Below are positions 8,925 to 18,299 of a stretch of DNA of 64,000 nt, piece after piece. This stretch comes from a virus (taxonomy: Duplodnaviria > Heunggongvirae > Uroviricota > Caudoviricetes). Position 1 is the first letter of the stretch, and each line of letters opens with the position of its first letter. The DNA lies in the IMG/VR virus record IMGVR_UViG_3300012286_000299, positions 109,277 through 173,276 of that record. One strand, written 5' to 3'. Made by a program: the position numbers and the translations under genes. The notes beneath the pieces are model-generated. The model saw only the letters and a list, made by a program, of their open reading frames with translations, made no database searches and was not told where the DNA came from.

Positions 8925-9403
8925 TGATCTACACAATACAAAAAGGAAGTCATAGGAGTACCTGGTTACCTAAATTTAATACAAATACAATAATAAACTT
9001 TAAGTTTAAATTTTTATCTGATCCTTCATATATTTTAGGTAATAAATTAGATCAAGAAGACACTAACAAAATATTTGGAATATCAGATTCATGGTATCAT
9101 CGTAGACATTCAGTTAGATTAGGTTGGAGATATGATGACAAATTGCAAAAATCTATACTTTGTGTGTATTACTACAGAGATAGTAAACATTATACTCAAG
9201 ATTTAGGTGAAATGTATCAAGATAAAACATATTATGGTTTTATATCAATGTATAAAGATGAGTACATGATAGCATGTTTAGGAGATGTAATAACAATTCC
9301 AAGAACATCAAAATGGTGGGGTCCTCGATATTTATTGTTCCCATACTTTGGGGGACAACAAGTGGCACCAAAACAATTTAAAATAGAATTAACAAACTGG
9401 TAA
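8924..9403 (+). CDS. hypothetical protein
   Basis: 159-aa ORF immediately upstream of the deazaguanine genes. Confidence 0.45.
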   Translation: MIYTIQKGSHRSTWLPKFNTNTIINFKFKFLSDPSYILGNKLDQEDTNKIFGISDSWYHRRHSVRLGWRYDDKLQKSILCVYYYRDSKHYTQDLGEMYQDKTYYGFISMYKDEYMIACLGDVITIPRTSKWWGPRYLLFPYFGGQQVAPKQFKIELTNW

Positions 9404-9405
9404 AA

Positions 9406-9882
9406 ATGGGAAAATATCAATCAACAAAATTATTCGAGAACTACTCAGTAGCTATCAGACAATGGAAAGCACAACACTCACATTGTCAATTACTTCACGG
9501 ATATGCTTTAGAATTTAAAGTATGGTTTGAATCAATCGAACCTTTAGAAGAAAATCAATTAGACGAAATGAACTGGATCATGGACTATGGTGGGTTTAAA
9601 GAACAACCACAAGGAAACGGTTTAAAAGCATGGATGGACTATATGTGGGATCATACTCTACTAATCGAGAAAGATGATCCGCAATTAGAAACATTCCAAT
9701 ACATGCAAGAATTAGGTTTGTGTCATTTAAGAGTTATGGATAAGATTGGAGCTGAATCAGCTGCTAAACTAGTCTTCGATAAATTCAATGATGTAATGTC
9801 TAAGAATGGAGGAGGTAGAGTAAAAGTAGTAAAAGTAGAGTGCTGGGAAGCTCCTAAGAATTCATCAATTTATGGAGAGTAA
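9406..9882 (+). CDS. queD: 6-carboxy-5,6,7,8-tetrahydropterin synthase-like (QueD/PTPS family)
   Basis: About 158 aa with a C-x4-HGY..E.K motif (HCQLLHGYALEFKVWFE) resembling the PTPS/QueD Cys-x-His-Gly-His zinc site. Context between QueE-like and FolE genes. Confidence 0.5.
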   Translation: MGKYQSTKLFENYSVAIRQWKAQHSHCQLLHGYALEFKVWFESIEPLEENQLDEMNWIMDYGGFKEQPQGNGLKAWMDYMWDHTLLIEKDDPQLETFQYMQELGLCHLRVMDKIGAESAAKLVFDKFNDVMSKNGGGRVKVVKVECWEAPKNSSIYGE

Positions 9883-10747
9883 ATTTCTACAAGAGAATGG
9901 TTTTTTCGATGATAATACAGGAAAAATATCTCTAGCAGATAAATTAGAAGGTAAAACAAAACAGTATATGAAATTAAAAAGAATAGAAGATTACAACAAA
10001 ATACTGCCGATAGTAGAAGTCTATACAGCAGTACAATCAGAAGGAAGTAGAGCAGGATATCCTACAGTAGTAATTCGAACAAGTGGCTGTACTCACCGCT
10101 GCTGGTTCGGTGAAGGAGGTTGGTGTGATAGTCCATACACATCAATTCATCCAGAGAAAGGGAAATATTCATTCCAGAATATAATTGAAGCATACGACAG
10201 AAATCCTCACATCACAGAGATGATGTTAACTGGAGGATCACCAACAATGCATCCAGCATTAGTAAACGAATTAACACATTTTGCACATGAAAGAGGAATT
10301 TTTATTACTATGGAAACAGAGGGATCACATTACTTGGAAACAGACTTTCCGATTAATTTACTTAGCATTAGCCCTAAGTTTTCAAATTCAATTCCAGCAT
10401 TGGGAACCCGCACTCCAGGCGGTGACATCGTTGATGAAAAGATGGTTAAACAGCATAACAAACTTAGATTAAATTATGATGCAATGTCTAAGTCAATTGC
10501 GTATCATTCTGATTATCACCTGAAACCAGTGTGGGATGGAGAGGATGAAGGAGCATTGAAAGAGATTATGGCTTGCATTAAAATTCTAGATATTCCAGAA
10601 GACAAAGTTTGGTTCATGCCAGCAGGAGATTCAAGAGAGGCTTTATTCAAATCATATCCTAAAATGTTTGATTGGGTAAGAGATAATGGATATAGATTGA
10701 CTTGGAGACCACACATCATTGCATTTGAAGATAAAAGAGAAGTATAA
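9872..10747 (+). CDS. queE: radical-SAM 7-carboxy-7-deazaguanine synthase-like (QueE)
   Basis: Cys triad in SGCTHRCWFGEGGWCDSPY (non-canonical spacing, as known for some QueE), a glycine-rich SAM motif MLTGGSPTMHP, and a position adjacent to queD/folE. Confidence 0.6.
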   Translation: MESKFLQENGFFDDNTGKISLADKLEGKTKQYMKLKRIEDYNKILPIVEVYTAVQSEGSRAGYPTVVIRTSGCTHRCWFGEGGWCDSPYTSIHPEKGKYSFQNIIEAYDRNPHITEMMLTGGSPTMHPALVNELTHFAHERGIFITMETEGSHYLETDFPINLLSISPKFSNSIPALGTRTPGGDIVDEKMVKQHNKLRLNYDAMSKSIAYHSDYHLKPVWDGEDEGALKEIMACIKILDIPEDKVWFMPAGDSREALFKSYPKMFDWVRDNGYRLTWRPHIIAFEDKREV

Positions 10748-10803
10748 TATCATTTGGATATTAAAATAGAATTTATTACATTTACCTATTAAAAAAATTA
10801 TAA

Positions 10804-11499
10804 ATGACAGAAAATAGAAAAAAAGTCCACAACGATTTAGAAGTGGTACAAGTGGGATTTGCTAATGGTGTAGCACCTGGATTTCCCCTAAATGAGATTG
10901 AAAAACAAGGTATGATTGAGCAGGCTGCTGAAGCCTATGGTCAGTTTTTAACAGCATTAGGTTGTGATTGGAAAAATGATCCTAATAGTGCTGATACACC
11001 AAGACGTGTAGCTAAAGCCTATGTTAACGATCTATGGAAAGGTAGATATACTCCAATGTCTGAAATTACTTCATTCCCAAGTGATGGTTATGATGGGATT
11101 GTGATTGAAAGAAATATCCCTTTAACATCAATGTGTTCACATCACCACCAAACAATTGGAGGGGTAGTTCATATTGGGTATGTGGTAGGTGAAAATGGTA
11201 GAGTAATTGGTTTATCTAAATTAAACCGAATTGTAGAGCATTTTGGGCGTAGAGGTGCTATTCAAGAACAATTAACCTCTGCTATTCATCAAGCTGTAGA
11301 TAAAATTTGTGAAAATAATAGAGGTGTAATAGTTTCTATTGTTGGTACTCACAATTGCGTTTCTTGTAGAGGTGTTAAGCATCAAGGTGCTTCAATGATT
11401 ACAACTAAAGCATCAGGTGTTTTTATGGAGAATGGAAACTTAGCAAGAGAAGAATTCTTTGATTCAATTAAAATTAATAATGGTAATCATCCAGTATAA
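10804..11499 (+). CDS. folE: GTP cyclohydrolase I
   Basis: SMCSHHHQTIGGVVHIGYV matches the FolE zinc-site/active-site block (SMCEHH...VHIAY) in a 231-aa protein. Confidence 0.8.
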   Translation: MTENRKKVHNDLEVVQVGFANGVAPGFPLNEIEKQGMIEQAAEAYGQFLTALGCDWKNDPNSADTPRRVAKAYVNDLWKGRYTPMSEITSFPSDGYDGIVIERNIPLTSMCSHHHQTIGGVVHIGYVVGENGRVIGLSKLNRIVEHFGRRGAIQEQLTSAIHQAVDKICENNRGVIVSIVGTHNCVSCRGVKHQGASMITTKASGVFMENGNLAREEFFDSIKINNGNHPV

Positions 11500-11903
11500 T
11501 GGCTTTAAGAATTCATAATAAAATTTATTTAGGTTGGGATGATATTAATGATTTAATTGATACATTATGTTCAAAAATTATTACTGATCTTCCTAATATT
11601 GATTCAGTTCATGGTATAAAACGCGGTGGGTTAATTCCTGCCGTGTTGGTATCACATAAATTAGGTTTACCGTGGTCTGACGTGATGTTACCTAATACTT
11701 TAGTAATAGATGATATTTGTGATACTGGAGTTACTTTAAAAAATACAGTTGGAACTTATACGGCTGCTTTACATTATAAACCTCATACTTCTTGTTTTAT
11801 ACCTAATATTTATGCCCACGAACATAAAGGTGATGAATGGATTATCTACCCTTGGGAAAGAAAAGATTCAGAATCTATACAAGATTATTTAAAAACAAAA
11901 TAA
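11499..11903 (+). CDS. phosphoribosyltransferase (type I PRT) domain protein
   Basis: PRPP-binding motif LVIDDICDTGVTLK (compare HGPRT VVDDIVDTGGT) in a 134-aa protein. TAATG-coupled to folE. Confidence 0.5.
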   Translation: MALRIHNKIYLGWDDINDLIDTLCSKIITDLPNIDSVHGIKRGGLIPAVLVSHKLGLPWSDVMLPNTLVIDDICDTGVTLKNTVGTYTAALHYKPHTSCFIPNIYAHEHKGDEWIIYPWERKDSESIQDYLKTK

Positions 11904-11907
11904 AAAC

Positions 11908-12099
11908 ATGGCAAAAACTGAACAAATTCTCCAAATTACAGAAGTTATTTCAAATTTAGGAAAAGATCTTTTATCTGCAAATGAATCTAAAACAAATGCA
12001 TCATCTGAAGATCTACTTTTAATAGAACAAAATATTCAATATCTTGAAACTGTTTTACAAGAACATAAAGATAAACTTCAACAACTTATTTCTGAATAA
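11908..12099 (+). CDS. hypothetical protein (coiled-coil)
   Basis: 63-aa ORF. Confidence 0.35.
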   Translation: MAKTEQILQITEVISNLGKDLLSANESKTNASSEDLLLIEQNIQYLETVLQEHKDKLQQLISE

Positions 12100-12102
12100 T
12101 AA

Positions 12103-12492
12103 ATGACAGAAAATTTTGATCCAAATGCTCCTTCAAGAGGATTAGGTGATACAATTGCTAAATTTACTCATACAACTGGTATAGCTAAAGCTGTAGAAGT
12201 TGTAACGGGTGCTTTAGGAATAGAAGATTGTGGTTGTGGAAGAAGACAAGAATGGGTTAATAATTTAATTCCATATGAGAATCAGCCCAACCATAATGTT
12301 CAATATGATCCTAATAATGCTACAGAAGTAGAAGAAGGGATATATGAGGTAATGTATGAGATCCATGCTACTAAAGAAGGTAATAAATTTGATTACAAAG
12401 TAGGTGAAAAAATTTTGATAAATGAAAATCATTTATTATATTCAAATTGGCCTTATTATATAATGATAGGCGCAGTTAAAAAACAAAATTAA
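12103..12492 (+). CDS. hypothetical protein
   Basis: 129-aa ORF. Confidence 0.45.
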   Translation: MTENFDPNAPSRGLGDTIAKFTHTTGIAKAVEVVTGALGIEDCGCGRRQEWVNNLIPYENQPNHNVQYDPNNATEVEEGIYEVMYEIHATKEGNKFDYKVGEKILINENHLLYSNWPYYIMIGAVKKQN

Positions 12493-12501
12493 ATTAAAGT
12501 T

Positions 12502-13026
12502 ATGATTACAAAACCCAATGTACCTTTTATTGACGAGGTAGAAGAATTTAATGCCGTGATGGGCAAACCAAACAATTATGAACCAATTATTCCCGAAAGA
12601 AAAGAGTGGGAGTTCGTGTACAATTTCATCCTTGAGGAACTTGAAGAATATCGAGAAGCTTGCGAAGCAGGAAACATCGTGGAAGTTTTGGATGCTTTGT
12701 GCGATATTACTTATGTTGCCACTGGGAACGGTGCTATGCTACATGGCCTTAAGGGTAAGGTATGGCCGGCATATCAAGAAGTACAAGCTTCAAATTTATC
12801 GAAAGCTTGCCAAACTGAAGACGAAGCTAAAGCAACTGTCATTCAAAGATCGAGTGAACAAGGTGAAGAATGTCATTACGAAAAAGTTGGAGAATATTTC
12901 ATCGTATATCGAACAAGAGATAGAAAAGTAATGAAAAACGTAAATTACTTCAAACCAAACTTAAAACAATTCTTTACAGATAAAGAAATTCAAAAATCAT
13001 ATTTAATACAAATAACAGGAAATTAA
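12502..13026 (+). CDS. MazG-like nucleoside triphosphate pyrophosphohydrolase (putative)
   Basis: An all-alpha NTP-PPase-like motif: EELEEYREACEAGN..EVLDALCDITYVATG (E-E-x-x-E ... D metal-site pattern). Confidence 0.45.
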   Translation: MITKPNVPFIDEVEEFNAVMGKPNNYEPIIPERKEWEFVYNFILEELEEYREACEAGNIVEVLDALCDITYVATGNGAMLHGLKGKVWPAYQEVQASNLSKACQTEDEAKATVIQRSSEQGEECHYEKVGEYFIVYRTRDRKVMKNVNYFKPNLKQFFTDKEIQKSYLIQITGN

Positions 13027-13041
13027 TTTAAACTAGAAAAC

Positions 13042-13464
13042 ATGACAGCAATACAAGTATTAGGATTAATAGCATTTATAATAGCATTATCAGGTGTATT
13101 AGGGTTCTTATTTCAAGCCGGAAACGACGAAGAAGAAGAAGTTACATTTACTACTCCTGAGTATACTAAAGAAGAACTAGAAAATATTAAAGCTGCTGAA
13201 GCAGAATATAATAAACCTGTAGTAGCCGAAGAACTTGAAGTTACAGAACCTGAATTTGTAGCAAAAGGACTTAGTAGTACACCAGTAGCTCCGGAATTTC
13301 CAAACATAGGAAAGGATCTTACAAAAGTATTCCCACCAGATGCAACTATTAACACAGAAGAAATAGTAGAAACTAAATTGAAAAAGGTAAAAGAACCTAA
13401 ATCAGAGTTTCCAATTGATAAACCAAAGAAAAAAAGAAAATATTATCCTAAAAAAGCAAAATAA
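13042..13464 (+). CDS. membrane-anchored acidic protein
   Basis: N-terminal transmembrane helix, then a low-complexity E/P/K-rich region ending KKKRKYYPKKAK. Confidence 0.4.
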   Translation: MTAIQVLGLIAFIIALSGVLGFLFQAGNDEEEEVTFTTPEYTKEELENIKAAEAEYNKPVVAEELEVTEPEFVAKGLSSTPVAPEFPNIGKDLTKVFPPDATINTEEIVETKLKKVKEPKSEFPIDKPKKKRKYYPKKAK

Positions 13465-13539
13465 TATTAAATAAAGGTTAATTTTACATTATGGACTGAA
13501 TTAATTTAATTATTTTATAATCTGTCCATATTTATATGC

Positions 13540-14085
13540 ATGGATAAAAAAGTATGCAGTAAATGTAAAATTGAAAAAACTTTAGAAGAGTTTTCAATAG
13601 ATTTGTCTACTAAAAGTGGTAGAAAAAGTCAATGTAAAGAATGTAGAAAATTAATTTCTAAAAAGGAATATAAAAGTGATCCTTTATCTCATAATGTTAG
13701 AACTAGTGCTTATTATAAGGATAATAAAGAGTCTACTAGGAAGCAACAACGTGATTATGAAAGAAAACGTTTAAAAGTAGATCCCTTATTTAAATTAGGA
13801 AAATCAATGAGATGTCATTTGTATAGAATATTACAAGGACAAAAATCCATGAGTACTAAAGAATTATTAGGGTATAATGTTGAAGAATTAAAAATTCATA
13901 TTGAATCTCTTTGGGTAGAAGGAATGAATTGGGAAAATTGGGGTAAAGAATGGGAAATTGATCATATTTATCCTCTATCTCAATATTTAAAAGAAGGAGA
14001 AACTAGGCCTAGTATAATTAATAGTCTTAAAAATCTTCAACCTATAAGTAAAATTGAAAATCGAAAAAAATCAAATAAGTTATAA
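13540..14085 (+). CDS. HNH homing-type endonuclease
   Basis: N-terminal Cys4 (CSKCKIEK...CKECRK) and an HNH core EIDHIYPLSQ...NLQPISKIENRKK. Paralogous to 50911..51546. Confidence 0.65.
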   Translation: MDKKVCSKCKIEKTLEEFSIDLSTKSGRKSQCKECRKLISKKEYKSDPLSHNVRTSAYYKDNKESTRKQQRDYERKRLKVDPLFKLGKSMRCHLYRILQGQKSMSTKELLGYNVEELKIHIESLWVEGMNWENWGKEWEIDHIYPLSQYLKEGETRPSIINSLKNLQPISKIENRKKSNKL

Positions 14086-15812
14086 TGTATAAGAATATTG
14101 TTACGAATTCATTAGGGAAAAATAGATATAAGGTCATTTTATACACTGATGATGGAGTTGAAGAACATGAATTTCAAAATTATGCATATGAAGTGTGTAG
14201 CCAAAACCAGGCTACACATTTTGGTCTAAATGGAGAACCTTTAATGAAAACTACTTATTGGGATAAAACCAATCCCTTTATTCATTATCATGATATGCCT
14301 ATTCATCAAAAATTTTTAATTGATAAATATGGTACTAATGATGAACCCTCAACTACACATCAAGAAATATTTTTTGATATTGAGATTGAAATGGGAGGTG
14401 CTCTTACACCTGAGTACATTAGAAAAGCTCCAAAACCTGTTACTTCAATTGCTTGGTGGCATAAACAAGAAGATAAATGGTATATTTTAATTTTAGATAA
14501 AGATAATAAAATTGAAAAAACTACTATAGAGAATAAATATATTATTCCTGTACCTAACGAAAGAGAATTATTAAATAAGTGGTTAAATTATTTGAACAAA
14601 GTTAACCCTGATATCTTAATTGGCTATAATAGTGATTACTTCGATATACCTTACCTATACTATAGAATACTAAATCAATTAGGTGAACGTAGAGCTAATG
14701 CTTTCTCTCCAATAGGTAAAGTTAAAGAACAAAAACATTCAAATGAATCAGGAATGGTTTTTTGGAATGAAGAACAACCTATAAGAATAGAAGGAATGTA
14801 TTCTTTGGATTACATTCGCTTACATAAAAAATATTCGTTTGCAGATGAACCATCTTATAAATTAGATGCTTTAGGAGAAAAGTATTGTAAATTAGGTAAA
14901 ATTGAATATGAAGGTAGTTTAGACAGATTATTTGAAACTGATAAAGAAAAATTCATTGAATATAACTTTCGAGATGTTGAAATCCTAAAAGCACTTGATA
15001 ATAAATTTAATTATATTAGTTTAACTAAAAATCTAGCTCATAAGGGTAAAATCCATTATGATGATGTTTATCAATCATCTAAAATTCATGATGGAGCTAT
15101 TTCAGCATTCTTATTATCAGAAGATATAATTCCTCCTTCACGAGATAGAAACCCAATTAAAAAAGCTAATTACGCTGGTGGTTATTTGTTTTGTCCTAAA
15201 GCAGGGTTATATCGCTATATGTTTGATGAGGATTTAACTTCACTATACCCATCAATTATTATGTCTCTTAACATTGGTAAAGAAACATTAATAGGTAGAA
15301 TTATTGATTTAAATGATAGAAACAATCATTTAGGTTTAAATGATTTAATAAATGATATTGAAGATAGACCTCGTACTATGGAATGGTTTACTAATAAAGA
15401 TAAGTTCAGTAAAATTGATTGGACTTCTTCTAAAGTAGTTAAACTAATTCAACAATATAATTTGGCTATCTCAGCAAATGGTGTTATCTTTCGTACAGAT
15501 AAAGAGTCTGTATTATCAACTATTCTGAATAAGTGGTTTGATGAAAGGGTTTTATACAAAAATAAAATGAAAGCTGCATATAAAGCAGGAGATACAGTAG
15601 GTGGTGAGAAATATCATTTATTGCAATATACAATGAAAATCTTACTTAATTCACTTTATGGTGCTACAGCATTACCTTCATTTAGATATGGGAATGTAAT
15701 TCTATCAGAAGCAATCACTTTAAGTGGACAACGTATTATTCAAGAATCAGCACTTTGTGCTAACAGACATATGAACAAAGTTATTCGTGGTGAAATTAAA
15801 TTAGAGATATAA
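14085..15812 (+). CDS. family-B DNA polymerase, N-terminal fragment (3'-5' exonuclease plus polymerase motifs A and B)
   Basis: Exo I FDIEIEM, Exo II YNSDYFDIPYL, motif A DLTSLYPSIIMSLNIG, motif B KILLNSLYGA. Stop lies 50 aa after motif B. Confidence 0.85.
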   Translation: MYKNIVTNSLGKNRYKVILYTDDGVEEHEFQNYAYEVCSQNQATHFGLNGEPLMKTTYWDKTNPFIHYHDMPIHQKFLIDKYGTNDEPSTTHQEIFFDIEIEMGGALTPEYIRKAPKPVTSIAWWHKQEDKWYILILDKDNKIEKTTIENKYIIPVPNERELLNKWLNYLNKVNPDILIGYNSDYFDIPYLYYRILNQLGERRANAFSPIGKVKEQKHSNESGMVFWNEEQPIRIEGMYSLDYIRLHKKYSFADEPSYKLDALGEKYCKLGKIEYEGSLDRLFETDKEKFIEYNFRDVEILKALDNKFNYISLTKNLAHKGKIHYDDVYQSSKIHDGAISAFLLSEDIIPPSRDRNPIKKANYAGGYLFCPKAGLYRYMFDEDLTSLYPSIIMSLNIGKETLIGRIIDLNDRNNHLGLNDLINDIEDRPRTMEWFTNKDKFSKIDWTSSKVVKLIQQYNLAISANGVIFRTDKESVLSTILNKWFDERVLYKNKMKAAYKAGDTVGGEKYHLLQYTMKILLNSLYGATALPSFRYGNVILSEAITLSGQRIIQESALCANRHMNKVIRGEIKLEI

Positions 15813-16075
15813 TGGCATTAAAAGGACAATCAATTAGAAACGGGGTTACTATTAATATAAATGGTGTTAAAGCCGAAAAACAATTAGTTATTGATTTATC
15901 TGAAAATTGGGATGAATCACAAGAAAGATTCTTTAAGAAAATGCTTAAACAAGGAGGAAAATGTAAAGTTAATGGAAACTCATTTGAAATTATCCTCAAA
16001 GAAAGATCTGATATAGATTCAAAAGGAAATAGACCTATTAATTTACCACCAGTACCAGGAGAAAGAACATTTTAA
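15812..16075 (+). CDS. small ORF inside the polymerase split
   Basis: 87-aa ORF in a different frame, exactly filling the 264-nt insertion between the two polymerase cistrons. Confidence 0.35.
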   Translation: MALKGQSIRNGVTININGVKAEKQLVIDLSENWDESQERFFKKMLKQGGKCKVNGNSFEIILKERSDIDSKGNRPINLPPVPGERTF

Positions 16076-16076
16076 T

Positions 16077-17012
16077 ATGAAACATTTAGAAGATACCCCA
16101 TGGTGGATATGTGATGAAGGTGATTTTAATTTTTGTGCTTATGTTGATACAGATTCTAATTATTTCAATGCTGAGCCATTATTGAAACATTTATATCCTG
16201 ATTTTGATGAAAAAACTGATCAAGAAAAAGATGATTTATTAGAGAAAGTAGCTCTTAAGTACCAAGATATTATAACTGAACACTATGATATACTTGCTAA
16301 AGAAGCCTTTAATATTAGTACACACCGATTAGAAATGAAAACTGAGTGTGTTATTCGTTCTGCTTATTTTAGAGCTACAAGACGTTATGCTCAATGGATT
16401 ACTAAAAAAGAAGGTATAGCAAAAGAGGAATTAGACATTAAAGGATTAGAATTTAAAAAAGCTAATTTCCCTAAATATTTTGGAAAGTTTTATCAAGAAA
16501 TTCTTGAATTAATCATTAAAGGTACTTCACAGAGTATTATAGATAAGAAAATTCATGAATTTAGACAAGAAGCAACCTCAACTGATATAGATTTTACCCT
16601 TATAGGTAACCCAACATCAGTTAAAACATTAAATGAGTATATAGCTTCCCACCCTAAACCAGGTAAAATATTATCTGAAATAAAATCAGGAGCTGGTGCA
16701 TCAGTTAAAGCTTCTATCAAACATAATGATTTATTACGATTTTGGCAATTAGATTCAAAACATAGTCAAATAGTACAAGGTGATAAAGTAAAATGGGTTT
16801 ATTTAAAAAATAACCCTTATAATATAGAAGCTATTGCATTTTTAGAATTTGATATGGCTGATAAAATCAAAGACTTCATTAATGAATATATTGATAGAGG
16901 GAAAAGTTTTGAAACTATATTACAGAAAAAACTACAAGGCTTCTATGATGACCTTGAATGGATGTTACCACCAGCAAATCCACTAATACATAAATTTTTT
17001 ACATTCAACTAA
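16077..17012 (+). CDS. family-B DNA polymerase, C-terminal fragment (motif C plus thumb)
   Basis: Own ATG; motif C CAYVDTDSNYF 22 aa from the start; KKANFPKYF (KxY-like). Confidence 0.8.
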   Translation: MKHLEDTPWWICDEGDFNFCAYVDTDSNYFNAEPLLKHLYPDFDEKTDQEKDDLLEKVALKYQDIITEHYDILAKEAFNISTHRLEMKTECVIRSAYFRATRRYAQWITKKEGIAKEELDIKGLEFKKANFPKYFGKFYQEILELIIKGTSQSIIDKKIHEFRQEATSTDIDFTLIGNPTSVKTLNEYIASHPKPGKILSEIKSGAGASVKASIKHNDLLRFWQLDSKHSQIVQGDKVKWVYLKNNPYNIEAIAFLEFDMADKIKDFINEYIDRGKSFETILQKKLQGFYDDLEWMLPPANPLIHKFFTFN

Positions 17013-17734
17013 TGGATAAAACAATATTAACACAAATAATTGAAAGCTTTTACTTAAATGGATTAACATCTCAAGTTAAATTTAAGGTAAAAAACAACGA
17101 AGCTCACATTAAATTTGCAGTCGACAATAAGGATTGCATAGGAGAAGTTATTGCGCCTATAACTTTAGAAGATTGCGAGATTGGTATTTTTAATACTAGT
17201 CAATTACTTAAATTAATTAATATAACTAATGATTTTATTGATTTAAAATTAGAAAAAAATGGTATTCACTTTTTAAAACTTCATATTAGTGATAACCAAT
17301 TTGATTTATCATATAATTTAAGTGATTTAGGGTTAATTCAAGATCCTGGTGTAGTTCCTAATTTACCTCCTCATGATTTAGAATTTGATATTAATTTTGA
17401 TTTTACTCAAAAATATATTAAAGCACATAACGCATTAGATAAACCACCTCGTTTTGAAATAGGTGTATCTAAAGATTTTAAAAATGATGAAGTTATAAAT
17501 TTCATGATTGGTGAAAAATCATCTTATTCAAATAAAGCAAATTTTGCAGAATCTGGGAAAATTATAAATAAAATAAAACCTATAGCATTTAGTGCTAATA
17601 ACTTTAGAGAAGTAATATCTGTAAATAAAAATGCAGTAGGTAAGGTATGTGTTTATAAAGATGGGTTGTTAAAAATTAATCTAGAAGAAGCAGGAGTAAA
17701 ATCAGAATATTTTCTTGTAGCTTTACATGAGTAG
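17012..17734 (+). CDS. putative sliding clamp / polymerase accessory protein
   Basis: 240 aa, translationally coupled (TAATG) to the polymerase, similar in size to gp45-type clamps. No diagnostic motif. Confidence 0.3.
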   Translation: MDKTILTQIIESFYLNGLTSQVKFKVKNNEAHIKFAVDNKDCIGEVIAPITLEDCEIGIFNTSQLLKLINITNDFIDLKLEKNGIHFLKLHISDNQFDLSYNLSDLGLIQDPGVVPNLPPHDLEFDINFDFTQKYIKAHNALDKPPRFEIGVSKDFKNDEVINFMIGEKSSYSNKANFAESGKIINKIKPIAFSANNFREVISVNKNAVGKVCVYKDGLLKINLEEAGVKSEYFLVALHE

Positions 17735-17806
17735 TAATATTTATGACAAATGACCTAAGGGCAATTAATAACGAGTAGCAAAAGCACTCACAAAACGTAA
17801 ATCAAT

Positions 17807-18214
17807 ATGAGTACAAAATTTAATGAATTTGACATTCTATTCCACAATTTCTTTTACCCAACAAGTGGATTCGGTTCAGCAGCAACCACAAAACAACCTC
17901 ACCCTTTAAATATCTTTTATGACGATAACGGACTTCACTTTGAAGTAGCGTGTACTGGTCTTACTAAAGATGAGGTAAATGTAGATATCGAGGATGATAT
18001 CTTAAAAATTAGTTATAATAAAGCAGAAGAAGAAAAAGAACTTCATCCTGGAACAATCGTAAGAGGATTGTCTAAAAAATCTTTTAATTTAGGTTATAAA
18101 ATTTCAGCTAAATATGATTTGTCATTAGCACTAGCAAAACTAGAAAATGGTTTGCTAGAAATTTCTATACCTGTAGCTGAAAAAGCAAAACCAAAATCAA
18201 TAAAAATAAAATAA
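17807..18214 (+). CDS. small heat-shock protein (Hsp20/alpha-crystallin family)
   Basis: Alpha-crystallin domain pattern: DDNGLHFEVACTGLTKDEVNVDIEDDILKIS...ENGLLEISIP. Confidence 0.65.
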   Translation: MSTKFNEFDILFHNFFYPTSGFGSAATTKQPHPLNIFYDDNGLHFEVACTGLTKDEVNVDIEDDILKISYNKAEEEKELHPGTIVRGLSKKSFNLGYKISAKYDLSLALAKLENGLLEISIPVAEKAKPKSIKIK

Positions 18215-18299
18215 AAATCTAAGCCCTTAGGTTAAGTTTTATTTGGAGATTCAAGAAAAATTTATTATATTATATAATAAAAATTTAATTATAAAAGTT

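Noticed and set aside
10281-12931. Alternative-frame + strand ORFs nested in larger genes (10281..10472 in queE; 12578..12931 in the MazG-like gene; also 44434..44667 and 50984..51268).
   Set aside because: They are fully embedded in longer ORFs that carry recognisable motifs, and are probably spurious.
13498-13538. The inverted repeat ATGGAC-N27-GTCCAT upstream of the HNH gene at 13540, as an operator.
   Set aside because: Only a 6-bp arm with an AT-rich spacer, which is expected by chance in a 70% AT genome. Noted only.
15813-16076. Group I intron or intein interrupting the DNA polymerase.
   Set aside because: The two polymerase ORFs have their own stop and start codons, and the insert is only 264 nt and carries a small ORF in another frame. 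It is not in-frame, so it is not an intein, and it is at the extreme lower size limit for group I introns. Separate cistrons are more likely, but splicing is not excluded. This is kept as a finding to test.
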